Source: Thermodesulfobacteriota bacterium (GTDB lineage Bacteria; Desulfobacterota; Desulfobacteria; Desulfobacterales; C00003060). Taken from it: 64,000 nt of DNA. Below are positions 10,591-21,626 of this stretch, piece by piece. The notes under the pieces are model-generated. The model was not told where the DNA came from and did not search any database. It saw nothing but the letters and a program-made list of their open reading frames with translations. Position numbers and translations under genes: made by a program. The stretch spans positions 29,662-93,661 of the forward strand of contig JAXHVD010000002.1 in assembly GCA_034189385.1 (NCBI GenBank), given 5' to 3'. Position 1 is the first letter of the stretch. Each line of letters opens with the position of its first letter.

Positions 10591-13500
10591 ATGGTAAGCC
10601 AATTAAAATGCTGGGATGTTTTTGAATGTGGCGAGACGGAATGTCCTGTCTACAAATCAAGGGAGTTGAGGTGTTGGCTTGTTTCAGGCACCCATTGCAG
10701 GAATGAAATCCAGGGGAAGTTTTTGGAAAAAATAGAAATGTGTCTGGATTGTGAGCCCTTCAAGGCCAACATTGATATCGATTCAGTAAAAGAAACACTC
10801 AGGGTTGTTCACAGGCAATTCACAGAATTTGGGAAGATGGTTCGGGAAAGAGATGCAGAGCTGGAAACCACCAGCATGGAGTTAGCCATAGGTCTGTCTG
10901 AGGTCATGGAGGCCTTAAAAAGGATCGCCTCAGGAGACCCTGAAATAAGAATTTCAGAGAGTTCCGAACTCGATTTGATTGCTAAACTAAAACACATGGT
11001 CAATCTGGCTGCCGAAAACCTTGGAGAGATTGTCGGCATGTCTCATGATTTCGCCATCGGTCTTGCGGAGCACTTTGATGCGTTGCACAGGGTTTCAGAA
11101 GGGGACCTCTCTGCCAGGGTATCTGGTACTTCTGAAGTGGAATTGTTGGAAGCCCTGAAAAAAGTAACCAACCAGATGATTGAGAGTGTGTCCAGAGAAA
11201 TCAACGAACGCAAGGCAGCAGAGGACACTCTGCTCAGGGAAAAGAATTTTTCTGAATCAGCCATCAGTAGTTTGCCAGGCATCTTCTATCTCTTTGACGA
11301 AAAAGGGAGGTACCTGAGGTGGAACGAGAATTTTGAAAAAGTGTCAGGGTATTCAGCTGAAGAGATATCAGGCATGGTTCCTCTTGACTTCTTTGCCGGA
11401 GAAGACAAAGAGATTATTGCCGAGGCGATTCAAAAGGCTTTCGACCAAGGCAGAGCCGCTGTAGAAGCGGATCTTGTGTCGGCCCATGGCACGAAAACCC
11501 CATACTATTTTACAGGGATGCGGGTAAGGATAGGGGATTCAACCTATCTTGTAGGAATGGGGCTTAACATTTCCGAGCTCAAGGCGGCGGAGGATGCCTT
11601 GCAAGAGAGTGAAGCACTGCTCACCAGCATCGTCGAATCCATGAGCGATGGCATATTGGTGCTGGACCGGAACTTCCATTATACCTATTGGAACCGTGCC
11701 ATGGAGAGAATATCCAAGACCGCCCGCAAGGAAGTAATCAACACCGGCAAGGTTGCGTGGGAGCTTTTCCCGCACTTGGCCGAAGAGGGGATAGATAAAG
11801 TGATACAAGAGGCCATGGGGGGCAGAACAGTCGAAACGGAGAACATCCCCTATTACCTCAGGGACGGAACAACCGGCTTCACTTCAGAGGTTTTTCGCCC
11901 TCTTAGGACATCGGCCGGAGAGATCAAAGGGGTGCTTGGCGTCGTTCGCGACGTTACTGAGCGCAAGAAATCAGAGGAGGAACTAAAAAAGGCCAAGGAA
12001 GATGCCGAGGCTGCCAACGTGGCCAAGAGTGAGTTCCTGGCGAACATGAGCCATGAGATCCGAACCCCCATGAACGCCATCGTCGGCATGACCGATCTTG
12101 CCCTTGGCACGGTCCTCACTACCGAGCAGCGGGAATACCTTCAAACCGTCAAGTCCTCCAGTGATTCCCTGCTGACCTTGATAAATGACATCCTTGACCT
12201 TTCAAAGATCGAGTCAAGAAAGCTGGCTCTTGACCTTGTAGAGTTCAACCTATCAGACAATGTGGGAGACACGTTAAAGACCCTTGCCGTGCGTGCTGAC
12301 GAGAAGGGACTAGAGCTGGCCTGTCGTATTTTGCCCGAGGTGCCGGATATCTTGGTTGGCGACGCTGGGCGTCTGCGCCAGATTTTGATGAACTTAGTAG
12401 GAAACGCTATCAAGTTTACGGAACACGGTGAGGTGGTGGTCCTTGTGGAGAGGGGGGACGAGATAATTGACAAGATTTGCCTGCATTTTACTGTGTCGGA
12501 CACAGGTGTTGGAATTCCCTCGGACAAGCAACGACTCATCTTTGACCCCTTTGCCCAGGCCGATGGTACCACCACGCGAAAATATGGCGGCACAGGTTTG
12601 GGGCTTGCCATCACAAAACAGCTGGTTGAGATGATGGGAGGAGAAATCCAGGTGGAAAGCAAGATGGGCAAGGGCACTTCATTGCGCTTTAGGGCCTATT
12701 TCGACCTTCCCAGGAGACCGTTGGTGGAACCGCCGGATTTCGAGTATGTTGACGTAAGGGGGCTCCGCGTGTTGGTGGTGGATGACAATGCCACGAATCG
12801 CAGGATTCTGGAAGAGATACTTGCCAACTGGGGCATGAAGCCTACAGGCGTCAATAACGCAAGGACTGCCCTTGCTACTATGGAGCAGGCCAAGGTGCTG
12901 GGGGTGCCTTTTGTCCTGTTGCTCCTAGATGCTGTGATGCCCGGAATGGATGGGTTTGCCCTGGCCAAAGAAATGAAGAGACGCCCTGGGCTTGTCGGGG
13001 TTGTTATCATGATGGTGACCTCTGCCGGCCAGCGGGGTGACGCTGCCAGATGCAGGGAATTGGGCATTTCCGCCTACCTGACAAAGCCGATCAAGCAATC
13101 AGATCTTTTGGATACCATCATGACCGTCCTCGCTCATGAGCAACGGGGTGAGAAAAGGCCGCCTTTTATCACCAGGCACAGACTCAGAGAAATGCAAGGT
13201 GTCCAGGCCGCAGAAATGGGCAGCAGGTTCCTTAGAATCCTCGTGGCTGAGGACAATGCTGTCAACCAGAAAGTAGTCTCCCGGATACTTGAAAAGCAGG
13301 GCCACACCGTTGTGCTGGTAGAAAATGGCAAAGAGGCGGTGGCTTCATTGGAGAAGGACAACTTTGATCTGATACTCATGGATGTTCAGATGCCCGAGAT
13401 GGACGGATTGGAAGCCACAAAGACGATTCGGGCAAGGGAGTCGGAACAGGGGACCCGGATTCCCATTATAGCCCTTACTGCTCATGCCATGAAGGGCGAT

Positions 13501-13995
13501 CGTGACCAGTGTCTGACGGTCGGGATGGATGATTATGTGTCAAAACCCATTAAACAAGAAGCGCTTTTTCAGGCTATGGCAAGGCAAGTTTTGGCTTCAG
13601 AAAAGATAAAGCCAAAGGGAGCTGACAAGGCCGCTTCAGAAAGGGGCGACATCTTCAATCGGGAAGCCTTGCTCCAGAGATTGGAGGGCAATGAGACCCT
13701 TTGCAACGAGCTTCTGGGGATATTTTTGGAAGATACCCCCGGACAATTGGAGAAACTGAAACAAGCAGTAGTGGACAATGATGCCTCACAAGTAGCATTT
13801 TCCGCCCACGCCATCAAGGGGGCATCAGCCAACATTGGGGCGGAGGCCTTAGAAGAGATAGCATATCAATTAGAAGTGGCCGGAAAAGACCAGAACATGG
13901 ACAAGGCCCAGTCCTTTGTGGGAAAACTCGAAGGGCGGTTTGAAGACCTGATGAAGATCCTGTCGGCCGGCAAGCTCCCTGGTACACGGAGTTAG
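10591..13995 (+). CDS. Cytoplasmic hybrid histidine kinase (two-CW Cys domain, tandem HAMP-like, 2 PAS, HisKA, HATPase, 2 REC, HPt)
   Basis: N-terminal CW..C..CP..CW..C..C..C; H-box [13 protein letters not shown]; [22 protein letters not shown]; two receivers (LDAVMP, MDVQMP); HPt [12 protein letters not shown]; no TM. Confidence 0.92.
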   Translation: MVSQLKCWDVFECGETECPVYKSRELRCWLVSGTHCRNEIQGKFLEKIEMCLDCEPFKANIDIDSVKETLRVVHRQFTEFGKMVRERDAELETTSMELAIGLSEVMEALKRIASGDPEIRISESSELDLIAKLKHMVNLAAENLGEIVGMSHDFAIGLAEHFDALHRVSEGDLSARVSGTSEVELLEALKKVTNQMIESVSREINERKAAEDTLLREKNFSESAISSLPGIFYLFDEKGRYLRWNENFEKVSGYSAEEISGMVPLDFFAGEDKEIIAEAIQKAFDQGRAAVEADLVSAHGTKTPYYFTGMRVRIGDSTYLVGMGLNISELKAAEDALQESEALLTSIVESMSDGILVLDRNFHYTYWNRAMERISKTARKEVINTGKVAWELFPHLAEEGIDKVIQEAMGGRTVETENIPYYLRDGTTGFTSEVFRPLRTSAGEIKGVLGVVRDVTERKKSEEELKKAKEDAEAANVAKSEFLANMSHEIRTPMNAIVGMTDLALGTVLTTEQREYLQTVKSSSDSLLTLINDILDLSKIESRKLALDLVEFNLSDNVGDTLKTLAVRADEKGLELACRILPEVPDILVGDAGRLRQILMNLVGNAIKFTEHGEVVVLVERGDEIIDKICLHFTVSDTGVGIPSDKQRLIFDPFAQADGTTTRKYGGTGLGLAITKQLVEMMGGEIQVESKMGKGTSLRFRAYFDLPRRPLVEPPDFEYVDVRGLRVLVVDDNATNRRILEEILANWGMKPTGVNNARTALATMEQAKVLGVPFVLLLLDAVMPGMDGFALAKEMKRRPGLVGVVIMMVTSAGQRGDAARCRELGISAYLTKPIKQSDLLDTIMTVLAHEQRGEKRPPFITRHRLREMQGVQAAEMGSRFLRILVAEDNAVNQKVVSRILEKQGHTVVLVENGKEAVASLEKDNFDLILMDVQMPEMDGLEATKTIRARESEQGTRIPIIALTAHAMKGDRDQCLTVGMDDYVSKPIKQEALFQAMARQVLASEKIKPKGADKAASERGDIFNREALLQRLEGNETLCNELLGIFLEDTPGQLEKLKQAVVDNDASQVAFSAHAIKGASANIGAEALEEIAYQLEVAGKDQNMDKAQSFVGKLEGRFEDLMKILSAGKLPGTRS

Positions 13996-14055
13996 CCATC
14001 TGCTCTGGTGGCATCCAGCCCATGGAGGCAAAAGGCACTGGAGATTGCGTCTTTC

Positions 14056-14454
14056 CTAACGGGGCTTCACGTTTTCTTCAACCCACCCGACGATGTTCTT
14101 CAAGGGGGTGCCAGGCGGGAAGATCTCTTTAACCCCTATGGCCTTGAGTTTTTCCGCATCCTTTTCACAGATAATCCCGCCTCCCACGACCATGATGTCT
14201 TCTGCCCCTTGGGCTTTCAGTAAGTCAATGACTTTGCCAAAGAGGTAGAGGTGGGCACCGGCCAAGCTGCTCAGGCCGATGAGGTCCACATCTTCTTGGA
14301 TGGCGGCACTCACGATTTGCTCAGGACTCTGATGGAGGCCGCCATAAATGACCTCAAAGCCCGCATCACGAAAGGCTCTGGCAATGATGCGGGCCCCTCG
14401 ATCATGGCCATCGAGCCCGGGCTTTGCTACAAGAATTCTGACCTTTCGTGTCAT
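14056..14454 (-). CDS. Acyl-CoA mutase small, cobalamin-binding subunit (IcmB/MutB C-terminal type)
   Basis: AKPGLDGHDRG (DxHxxG base-off motif), IGLSSL, GGGII. Confidence 0.92.
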   Translation of the reverse strand: MTRKVRILVAKPGLDGHDRGARIIARAFRDAGFEVIYGGLHQSPEQIVSAAIQEDVDLIGLSSLAGAHLYLFGKVIDLLKAQGAEDIMVVGGGIICEKDAEKLKAIGVKEIFPPGTPLKNIVGWVEENVKPR

Positions 14455-14470
14455 GAGATTCGATGAAAGA

Positions 14471-14505
14471 AGGGCTCAAGCCATAGGGCTTAGGGCAAAA
14501 GGCTG
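14471..14505 (+). repeat. Degenerate heptamer tandem repeat (AGGGCWW-like x5)
   Basis: agggctc aagccat agggctt agggcaa aaggctg, between the mutase subunit genes. Confidence 0.45.
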
Positions 14506-14590
14506 GTAGCCTTGGCCCTCGTAATCTGCCCAAAAGCTAAAACCCATTTTAGACCGTCTATACCTCAAGCGATGTTGTGGCCCACTGTCG

Positions 14591-16276
14591 TCAAAAGGTC
14601 CCCGGATCCCGATACACTCCGAAGACCTTTCTAAACACATCACACATCTCTTGCAGGGTGCAATAGGCCGACGCCGCCTCAATGAGCAAAGGCATTACAT
14701 TTTTGTTGCCGCTGCAGGCCTCTGCCAGGTGTTCTAAAGACCCTTCAGCTTTCTTTTGGTCCCGGCTGTTTTTCACTTCATTGGTCCGTGCAATCTGACG
14801 CTCTTCCAGGGCCTCATCAACGTGGTAGATGTCAACGGGAATGTCATCTTCCTCCACATACTTATTCACACCCACCATGATCCTCTTCTTCTCGTCGAGC
14901 TCCCTCTGAAATCTGTACGCAGCGTCTGCGATTTCCATCTGAGGGTAGTTCCTTTCGATGGCCTTCAGCATGCCGCCCATATCATCAATCTTGTTAATAT
15001 ATGCGTAGGCGGCCTGCTCCATCTCCTCTGTGAGGGTCTCGAGGAAGTAAGACCCGCCTAGAGGATCGATGGTGTTTACAACGCCGGTTTCCTGGGCCAG
15101 GATTTGCTGTGTGCGCAGGGCAATAGTTGCGGCCTCTTCTGTAGGAATAGCAAGGACCTCGTCGAAGGAATTGGTATGAAGGGACTGGGTGCCGCCCAGC
15201 ACCGCAGCCAGGGCTTCCACGGCAGTGCGCACCACATTATTGAAAGGTTGGGCAGCGGTGAGACTGCACCCTGCTGTCTGTGTATGAAAGCGGAGCCACA
15301 GGGAACGCTCTGATGTTGCTCCAAATCGTTTCTTCATGATCTCTGCCCACATCCTGCGGGCGGCCCGGTATTTGGCGATCTCTTCAAAGAAGTCAATATG
15401 GGCATTGAAAAAGAAAGAAAGCCGAGGAGCAAAGGCATCCACGTCAAGGCCGCGCTTTAAGGCCGCTTCCACATAAGCAATGCCGTCTGCCAGGGTAAAG
15501 GCGAGTTCCTGGACGGCCGTGGAACCTGCCTCGCGGATGTGATAGCCACTGATGCTAATGGTATTCCATCTGGGCACGTCCTGGGCCCCAAACTCTATGG
15601 TGTCTACGATAAGACGCATGGACGGTTTAGGTGGGCACATGAAGGTCTTCTGGGCGATAAACTCTTTGAGCATGTCATTTTGAATGGTGCCGCCGAGTTT
15701 TTCTCTTGGTATGCCCCTCTTTTCTGCCATGGCAATGTACATGGCCCAGAGGACTGGGGCAGGGGGGTTAATCGTCATGGAGGTGGTCAGTCGGTCTACT
15801 GGGAGCCCATCAAAGAGGATTTCCATGTCCTTCAAGGTGTCGATGGCCACACCACACCTTCCACATTCGCCCCGCGACCTAGGGTCCTCGGTGTCATAGC
15901 CCATGAGGGTAGGCATGTCAAAGGCCGTGGACAGCCCCGTCTGTCCATGTTCGACTAGGTAGTGAAATCGCTTATTGGTTTCCTCTGCGCTTCCAAGACC
16001 CGCAAACATCCTCATGGTCCAGAGCCTTCCCCGATACATGGAGGCCTGAACCCCTCGGGTATAGGGATATTGACCTGGAAAACCCAGCTTGGCCCCGTAG
16101 TCGAAGCCTTTTATGTCTGAGGGCACGTAGAGCTCTTGAATCCCTTTGCCAGACACCGTGGTGGCATCTCTTCTGTCCGAAAGGCTGGTGGCAAGCTTTT
16201 CTTGGTAATGCTTCTGCCAGGCATTTTTCTCGGATGCTATCTTAGCCACTTCATCTTCTTTAAACAATTTGCCCAT
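14591..16276 (-). CDS. B12-dependent acyl-CoA mutase large subunit, isobutyryl-CoA mutase-type
   Basis: [48 protein letters not shown]; no fused B12 domain. Confidence 0.9.
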   Translation of the reverse strand: MGKLFKEDEVAKIASEKNAWQKHYQEKLATSLSDRRDATTVSGKGIQELYVPSDIKGFDYGAKLGFPGQYPYTRGVQASMYRGRLWTMRMFAGLGSAEETNKRFHYLVEHGQTGLSTAFDMPTLMGYDTEDPRSRGECGRCGVAIDTLKDMEILFDGLPVDRLTTSMTINPPAPVLWAMYIAMAEKRGIPREKLGGTIQNDMLKEFIAQKTFMCPPKPSMRLIVDTIEFGAQDVPRWNTISISGYHIREAGSTAVQELAFTLADGIAYVEAALKRGLDVDAFAPRLSFFFNAHIDFFEEIAKYRAARRMWAEIMKKRFGATSERSLWLRFHTQTAGCSLTAAQPFNNVVRTAVEALAAVLGGTQSLHTNSFDEVLAIPTEEAATIALRTQQILAQETGVVNTIDPLGGSYFLETLTEEMEQAAYAYINKIDDMGGMLKAIERNYPQMEIADAAYRFQRELDEKKRIMVGVNKYVEEDDIPVDIYHVDEALEERQIARTNEVKNSRDQKKAEGSLEHLAEACSGNKNVMPLLIEAASAYCTLQEMCDVFRKVFGVYRDPGTF

Positions 16277-16357
16277 GGCGTGCCTCTCGGAGTTGGATGC
16301 CGACTCGAGGTCCCCGTGCTTGGTCGGGCCAGATGCATGTTGATCAAGTAGGCAGCT

Positions 16358-17518
16358 TCACCTTCCCCTTCCCTGTTTCAGAAGATTGCGAGCGATGACC
16401 AGCCGCATGATCTCGTTGGTCCCCTCATATATCTGACATATCTTGGCGTCGCGCATGTGGCGCTCCATGGGGAATTCCTTGCAGTAGCCGTATCCCCCAA
16501 GGATTTGAACGCCCTCCACGGAAGCCTCCATGGCCATGTCTGAGGCGTACATCTTTGCCATGGCAGCCTCCTTCTCAAAGGGTTTGCCATGATCCTGGAG
16601 CCAAGCGGCCCTGAGGAGGAGGAGTTCGGCTGCATCAAGGTGTGTGGCCATGTCCGCGAGTTTCCACTGTATGGCTTGGAATTTGGATATCGGTTTGCCA
16701 AACTGCTCGCGCACCATGGCATATTCCAGCGCTTCTTCCAGCACTGCCCGCCCAATACCCAGGGCCTGTGCCCCGATACCCAGGCGACCGGCGTCTAGGG
16801 TCGTCAGCATTTGCCTCAGGCCTGAGCCCAATTCACCGAGGAGGTTCTCTTTGGGGATACGGGCATCGTGAAACACAAGCTCTGCAGTGCCCGAGGCCTT
16901 AATCCCCATCTTGTCTTCCACATGGCCCACTGAAAAGCCTACCGTATTCTTCAAATCGACAATGAAGGAACTGATCCCCTTGTACCCTTTCTCTCTATCT
17001 GTGACCGCTGCCAGAATGCAGTAGTCTGCCACATTGCCATTGGTGATAAACTTCTTTTCTCCATTGATGACCCAGTGATCTCCGTCCCTCTCTGCAGTGG
17101 TGCCCATGGAGGCAGGGTCTGATCCTGCCCCCGCTTCGGTGAGGCCGTAGCAGCCGATGGCCGCGCCGCTTGCCACGGGGGTGAGGTATCTGACCTTTTG
17201 CTCATGGCTCCCAAAGGTGTTGATGGGAAAACAATACAAGGAGTTGTTTACGGACATGATGACCCCAGTGGAGGCACAGGCCCTGGAGATCTCGGTGACA
17301 GCCAAGATATAGGAGATATAGTCCATGGCCGCCCCGCCGTAATCCTCCGGCATGGTAATTCCCATGAGGCCCAGTTCTCCCATCTTCTGGCACAACTCGG
17401 CAGGATGTTCCTTTGTTTCGTCTAGCCGGCCGGCCACCGGCTTGATCTCCTTTTCTGCAAAACGCCGGCACATGTCCTGTATCATCTTCTGCTCTTCCGT
17501 TAACTCAAAATGCATCAC
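16358..17518 (-). CDS. Short/branched-chain acyl-CoA dehydrogenase
   Basis: GLTEAGAGSD, GEKKFITN, REQFGKPI, QILGGYGY, IYEGTNEI. Confidence 0.95.
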   Translation of the reverse strand: MMHFELTEEQKMIQDMCRRFAEKEIKPVAGRLDETKEHPAELCQKMGELGLMGITMPEDYGGAAMDYISYILAVTEISRACASTGVIMSVNNSLYCFPINTFGSHEQKVRYLTPVASGAAIGCYGLTEAGAGSDPASMGTTAERDGDHWVINGEKKFITNGNVADYCILAAVTDREKGYKGISSFIVDLKNTVGFSVGHVEDKMGIKASGTAELVFHDARIPKENLLGELGSGLRQMLTTLDAGRLGIGAQALGIGRAVLEEALEYAMVREQFGKPISKFQAIQWKLADMATHLDAAELLLLRAAWLQDHGKPFEKEAAMAKMYASDMAMEASVEGVQILGGYGYCKEFPMERHMRDAKICQIYEGTNEIMRLVIARNLLKQGRGR

Positions 17519-17729
17519 ACCTCCTCATCCAATCTCCAGGACTCCAACCTTTGTCGACGTCCGTTCACCGACGTCCGGGGAACCTCTCTGGCCAGTCGCC
17601 CTGTTCCGACCCTTACTAGCAATGCCACTCTAAGACGCACGGAGCTTGAATAAAGCTTGCTCCCAAGGAACAGACTCAAGAAAATAGGCAGATGCGCAAC
17701 GAACACTGGATAAGACTAAACAGATGTGT

Positions 17730-18515
17730 TCATGCCAGTTTTCCTGTAAACTTTGGTGGTCGTTTTTCCAGAAAAGCGCTTGTTCCTTCCTTTTGATCGG
17801 GGCTGGCAAAACAGAGGGAAAAGGCATCTGCCTCCAGGGCACACCCATTTTTGAGGTCCACGTCAAATCCATTATCGATGACGTATTTAATGGCCCGAAG
17901 GGCCACCGGGCCCTTTTCTGCGATGGCGGTTGCAATCTTCCATGTTTCTTCCATGAGGCTTTGTGCTGGGAAAACCCTGGTGATCAAGCCCATGGCAAAG
18001 GCCTCCTGGGCCGTGATGATGCGGCCCGTCATACAGAGTTCTTTTGCCCGGGCCTTTCCCACAAGTCTGGCAAGACGCTGGGTGCCGCCAAAGCCCGGTA
18101 TAAGTCCAAGATTGATCTCAGGCTGTCCAAGCTTCGCTTCTTCTGATGCACACACAAAATCACAGGCCATGGCGATCTCACAGCCTCCCCCTAGGGCAAA
18201 GCCATTGACACAAGCAATGACGGGGATGTCCAATGCCTCTAATGCCAGGAGGAGAGCCTGACCCTTTCTTGCGAATTCCTTTGCGCCAAGGGGATCAAGG
18301 CCCTGCAACACGGAAATATCTGCCCCGGCCACAAAGGCCCTACCGGCTCCTGTTAAGACAAGGACCTTGACCTCAGGCGGCTTTGGCAGTTCTGAAATCG
18401 CCCGGCCAATTTCTGCTATCACCTCCAGGTTCAAGGCATTGAGCACCTTAGGACGATTGAACGTAAGGGTGGCAATGGCACCAGATATGTCTACCTCAAT
18501 GGTTTTATAGGACAT
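17730..18515 (-). CDS. crt: Enoyl-CoA hydratase (crotonase)
   Basis: AFVAGADI, NGFALGGGCE, GQPEINLGLIPGFGGTQRL; start MSYKT at 18515 after AGGAGG. Confidence 0.92.
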   Translation of the reverse strand: MSYKTIEVDISGAIATLTFNRPKVLNALNLEVIAEIGRAISELPKPPEVKVLVLTGAGRAFVAGADISVLQGLDPLGAKEFARKGQALLLALEALDIPVIACVNGFALGGGCEIAMACDFVCASEEAKLGQPEINLGLIPGFGGTQRLARLVGKARAKELCMTGRIITAQEAFAMGLITRVFPAQSLMEETWKIATAIAEKGPVALRAIKYVIDNGFDVDLKNGCALEADAFSLCFASPDQKEGTSAFLEKRPPKFTGKLA

Positions 18516-18526
18516 GAGAACCTCCT

Positions 18527-19705
18527 TTAATCCCTTTCTACGAGTAGGCAAACGGCCTCACCACCACCCAGGCACAGACATGCCACGCCACGCTTTGCAC
18601 CCGTATCCTTCATGGCATATAGTAGCGTTACCAGGACCCGTGCACCGCTTGCACCAATAGGATGACCAAGTGCCACTGCCCCGCCCCGCAGATTGACCTT
18701 GGCCGGATCGAGTCCCAAGGTTTTGTTGATGGCCACGCTGGAGGCCGAGAAGGCTTCATTGATCTCAAAGATGTCGATGTCATCAATAGTAAGGCTGGCC
18801 TTTTTCAGGAGTTTGGGAATGCCGTAAATAGGTGCGATGAGCACATACTTCGGGTCAATGCCGACTGAACATTGTACGCCCACCCTGGCCATGGGCTCCA
18901 GATTCATGGCTTGGGCCTTTTCCCGGGCCATCACCACAACGGCCGCAGCGCCGTCGCTGATTTTGGAGGCATTTCCTGCCGTAACCGTACCGTCCTTCTT
19001 AAAGGCCGGGGCCAACTTGGCCAGGGCCTCCATAGAGGTCTCACGGACCGTCTCATCTCTATTAAAGGAGATGGCTGGGCCTTTCCGTTGAGGGATCTCA
19101 ACGGTAAATATCTCCTGATCAAAGGCGCCGTCCTTTTGGGCCTTAAGAGCCTTACCGTAGGAATTAAATGCGAATTCATCCTGGTCTTTCCGTGTCACCT
19201 CATATTTCTCAGCGCAAAGCTCTGCACTCATCCCCATATGAAAGTCATTGATGTGATCCCAGAGGCCGTCATGCACCATGCCGTCAATGAGCTTGCCGTG
19301 GCCCATGCGATATCCTGTTCGCGCCTTTTGCAAGAAGTACGGTGCTAGATTCATGCTTTCCATACCCCCGGCCACAACAACGTCCGCGTCGTTTGTCATG
19401 ATGGCCTGGGCGGCCAACATCACCGACTTCAAACCAGAACCACATACCTTGTTCACGGTGATGGCCTCGAGGTCGTAGGGAAAGCCTCCTTTCAGCAAGG
19501 CCTGCCTGGCCGGGTTTTGGCCGAGGCCGCAGGGCAACACATTGCCCATGATCACCTCATCTACATCCTCGGCGGAGACTCCTGCCCGTTTCATCGCTTC
19601 TGTGATGGCATAAGCCCCTAGGTCCGTCGCAGAAATACCGGACAACGTACCTTGAAATCCGCCTACAGCCGTTCTTGCCGCACTCACAATGACAACTTCT
19701 CTCAT
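18527..19705 (-). CDS. Acetyl-CoA C-acetyltransferase (thiolase)
   Basis: NKVCGSG, NEAF, GHPIGASG, CLGGG. Confidence 0.95.
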   Translation of the reverse strand: MREVVIVSAARTAVGGFQGTLSGISATDLGAYAITEAMKRAGVSAEDVDEVIMGNVLPCGLGQNPARQALLKGGFPYDLEAITVNKVCGSGLKSVMLAAQAIMTNDADVVVAGGMESMNLAPYFLQKARTGYRMGHGKLIDGMVHDGLWDHINDFHMGMSAELCAEKYEVTRKDQDEFAFNSYGKALKAQKDGAFDQEIFTVEIPQRKGPAISFNRDETVRETSMEALAKLAPAFKKDGTVTAGNASKISDGAAAVVVMAREKAQAMNLEPMARVGVQCSVGIDPKYVLIAPIYGIPKLLKKASLTIDDIDIFEINEAFSASSVAINKTLGLDPAKVNLRGGAVALGHPIGASGARVLVTLLYAMKDTGAKRGVACLCLGGGEAVCLLVERD

Positions 19706-19803
19706 GGATCCTCCTTTTTTTGCTGGAATTCGGGGAGATGTGATTTACACGGCCGTCTCGTCAACAGGCAACTCAAAAAGCTATAGGCTGCAGCAGACTC
19801 GGC

Positions 19804-20451
19804 TCAATGACCGTGTGCGTATTCTGGCCTAAAAAAAGGCGTAAACACGATTCTGTCTATGGTGCCCAAATGGAAACGGGCTCGCCTTTTCTTTTCAACC
19901 ACATAGGCTTCCACGAAAAGCTTAGATTGTTTCAAAGAGAGTCCCAATGGGTCTAGGACGATTTGTCGTTCTGGAGCACCATGGCGGAAGTGTACCAGAA
20001 TTCGCCTCTTCTCGTCCACGGCGCACATCATTTCTTTCAGGATGTCTTCCCTGCAGCCAAAGCCGTCTCTAATGATCACATCGTCAATGAGAGATCTGAT
20101 AAGTTCCCTGTGCGACTCCTGCAGGTGTTCAACAATGGCATAGAGACCCTTCAAGGCCCGCCGCACGACAGAAAAGTCTCTCGTGGCAAATAGATGGCGC
20201 GTGGCCAAGACAAGGGCCAAGATCTCGCTCAAAGGGAGCTTGTCTATGGTGACCACGGGGTCACCGAGTATCGTGAACCGCCCCTTTATCCTGGAAAACT
20301 GAAACCCCATCTCAGTCAGCTGATTTCTGTCGTAGTAAAACTGTCGAATAGAGATTCCGAGATCTTCGGCGATCCGTTCAGGCGGCTTCTGCGGTTGGGT
20401 CCGGACCTCAACAATCATGCGAAGAAGGCGTGCAAGACGGTGGCTTTGCAT
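19804..20451 (-). CDS. wHTH + WYL-domain transcriptional regulator lacking the WCX domain
   Basis: RLARLLRM..IAEDLGISIRQFYYD HTH; AVDEKRRILVHF..LDPLGL..LFVEAY..RARFHLGTIDRI WYL-like fold; 215 aa. Confidence 0.75.
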   Translation of the reverse strand: MQSHRLARLLRMIVEVRTQPQKPPERIAEDLGISIRQFYYDRNQLTEMGFQFSRIKGRFTILGDPVVTIDKLPLSEILALVLATRHLFATRDFSVVRRALKGLYAIVEHLQESHRELIRSLIDDVIIRDGFGCREDILKEMMCAVDEKRRILVHFRHGAPERQIVLDPLGLSLKQSKLFVEAYVVEKKRRARFHLGTIDRIVFTPFFRPEYAHGH

Positions 20452-20619
20452 GAAAAAACCATAGATTTTAATAGGTTCAAAGTCAAGACAAAAAGGTCGG
20501 AAGATCCCTTGACAGTGAAATTCCGGACATGGATGGTCTTATGTATAACATCCAGTACCTGGCCATGGGTTGCCAATGTGCTGTTGACATGACAGAGGCC
20601 GTCCTGCTATCGATGGCCC

Positions 20620-21414
20620 ATGACCAAGCAGATTCGTATCGGTGCATTGATTTCAGGAGGAGGCAGCAACCTGCAGGCCATCATAGAGGCCTGTGCGGCA
20701 AGACGGATAGACGGCCGGGTGGTATTCGTAGGGTCAGATAACCCTGGGGCTCAAGGGTTGGATAGGGCCATGGGCCACGGCATTGCCACCTTTGTAGTGG
20801 ACTACAAGGCCATTTTCAAGCAGGCCAAAGGGCAATCTCTAGATGAGCTGATTCCGCAGGATTTTGATCTGGACAACGTCCTAGCGATGCAATGTCTTGT
20901 GCCGGGCGCTTCGGATAGAGAAAAAATGGCAAGGTATTTTGGGATCAGGGCCGTTGCCGAGGCTGCCTTGCTTAAAGAGATGGCCAACCATCCTTTCGAC
21001 CTTTTGGTCTTGGCCGGTTTCATGAGAGTGCTCACCCCCTATTTCATAGACAGGGTGAACACTGATTCCTCACTGCCGCGCATTATGAATATCCATCCTG
21101 CGCTCCTTCCTTCTTTCCCCGGCACCGACGGCTATGGTGATACCTATAGATATGGCTGCAAGGTGGGGGGGTGTACGGTTCATTTTGTGGATTACGGGGA
21201 AGACACTGGGGCCATCATCGGCCAGAAGGCCTTTGAAATCGAGCCTCAAGATACGGTTGAAACGGTGCGGGAGAAGGGCCTTAAGCTTGAGTGGGAGCTT
21301 TACCCCACCTGTATTCAGCTATTTGCTAAAAAACGCCTGAGGGTTTTGGCCAAAGCCCATGGGGTCTTAAATGGGACGATAACGAGCAGGAAGGTGGTCG
21401 AGATCGTCACGTGA
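20620..21414 (+). CDS. purN: Phosphoribosylglycinamide formyltransferase
   Basis: ISGGGSNLQA, LAGFMRVL, NIHPALLP, GCTVHFVD, DTGAII; about 45-aa internal insertion. Confidence 0.95.
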   Translation: MTKQIRIGALISGGGSNLQAIIEACAARRIDGRVVFVGSDNPGAQGLDRAMGHGIATFVVDYKAIFKQAKGQSLDELIPQDFDLDNVLAMQCLVPGASDREKMARYFGIRAVAEAALLKEMANHPFDLLVLAGFMRVLTPYFIDRVNTDSSLPRIMNIHPALLPSFPGTDGYGDTYRYGCKVGGCTVHFVDYGEDTGAIIGQKAFEIEPQDTVETVREKGLKLEWELYPTCIQLFAKKRLRVLAKAHGVLNGTITSRKVVEIVT

Positions 21415-21626
21415 TGCCATGGGCTCCCACGTTTTCCATATTCCCTTTCTGCGGCACGCTGTCTCCGCCCTTCCGTGGGCCGCTTTCTGGTGAAAGCAGG
21501 CTACTTCCTTGACACACAGACCGTTCTGCGTATATATATTCCATCCATTTTGTTCCCATTACCCACAAGCCCGGAAAGGGGTTCATTTCAGGCTTGATCC
21601 CTTACTTTTCCTAAGGAGGTAACTCT

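Noticed and set aside
14591-16276. Methylmalonyl-CoA mutase call
   Set aside because: It lacks the Tyr89/Arg207 equivalents needed for the substrate carboxylate; no epimerase or carboxylase is adjacent.
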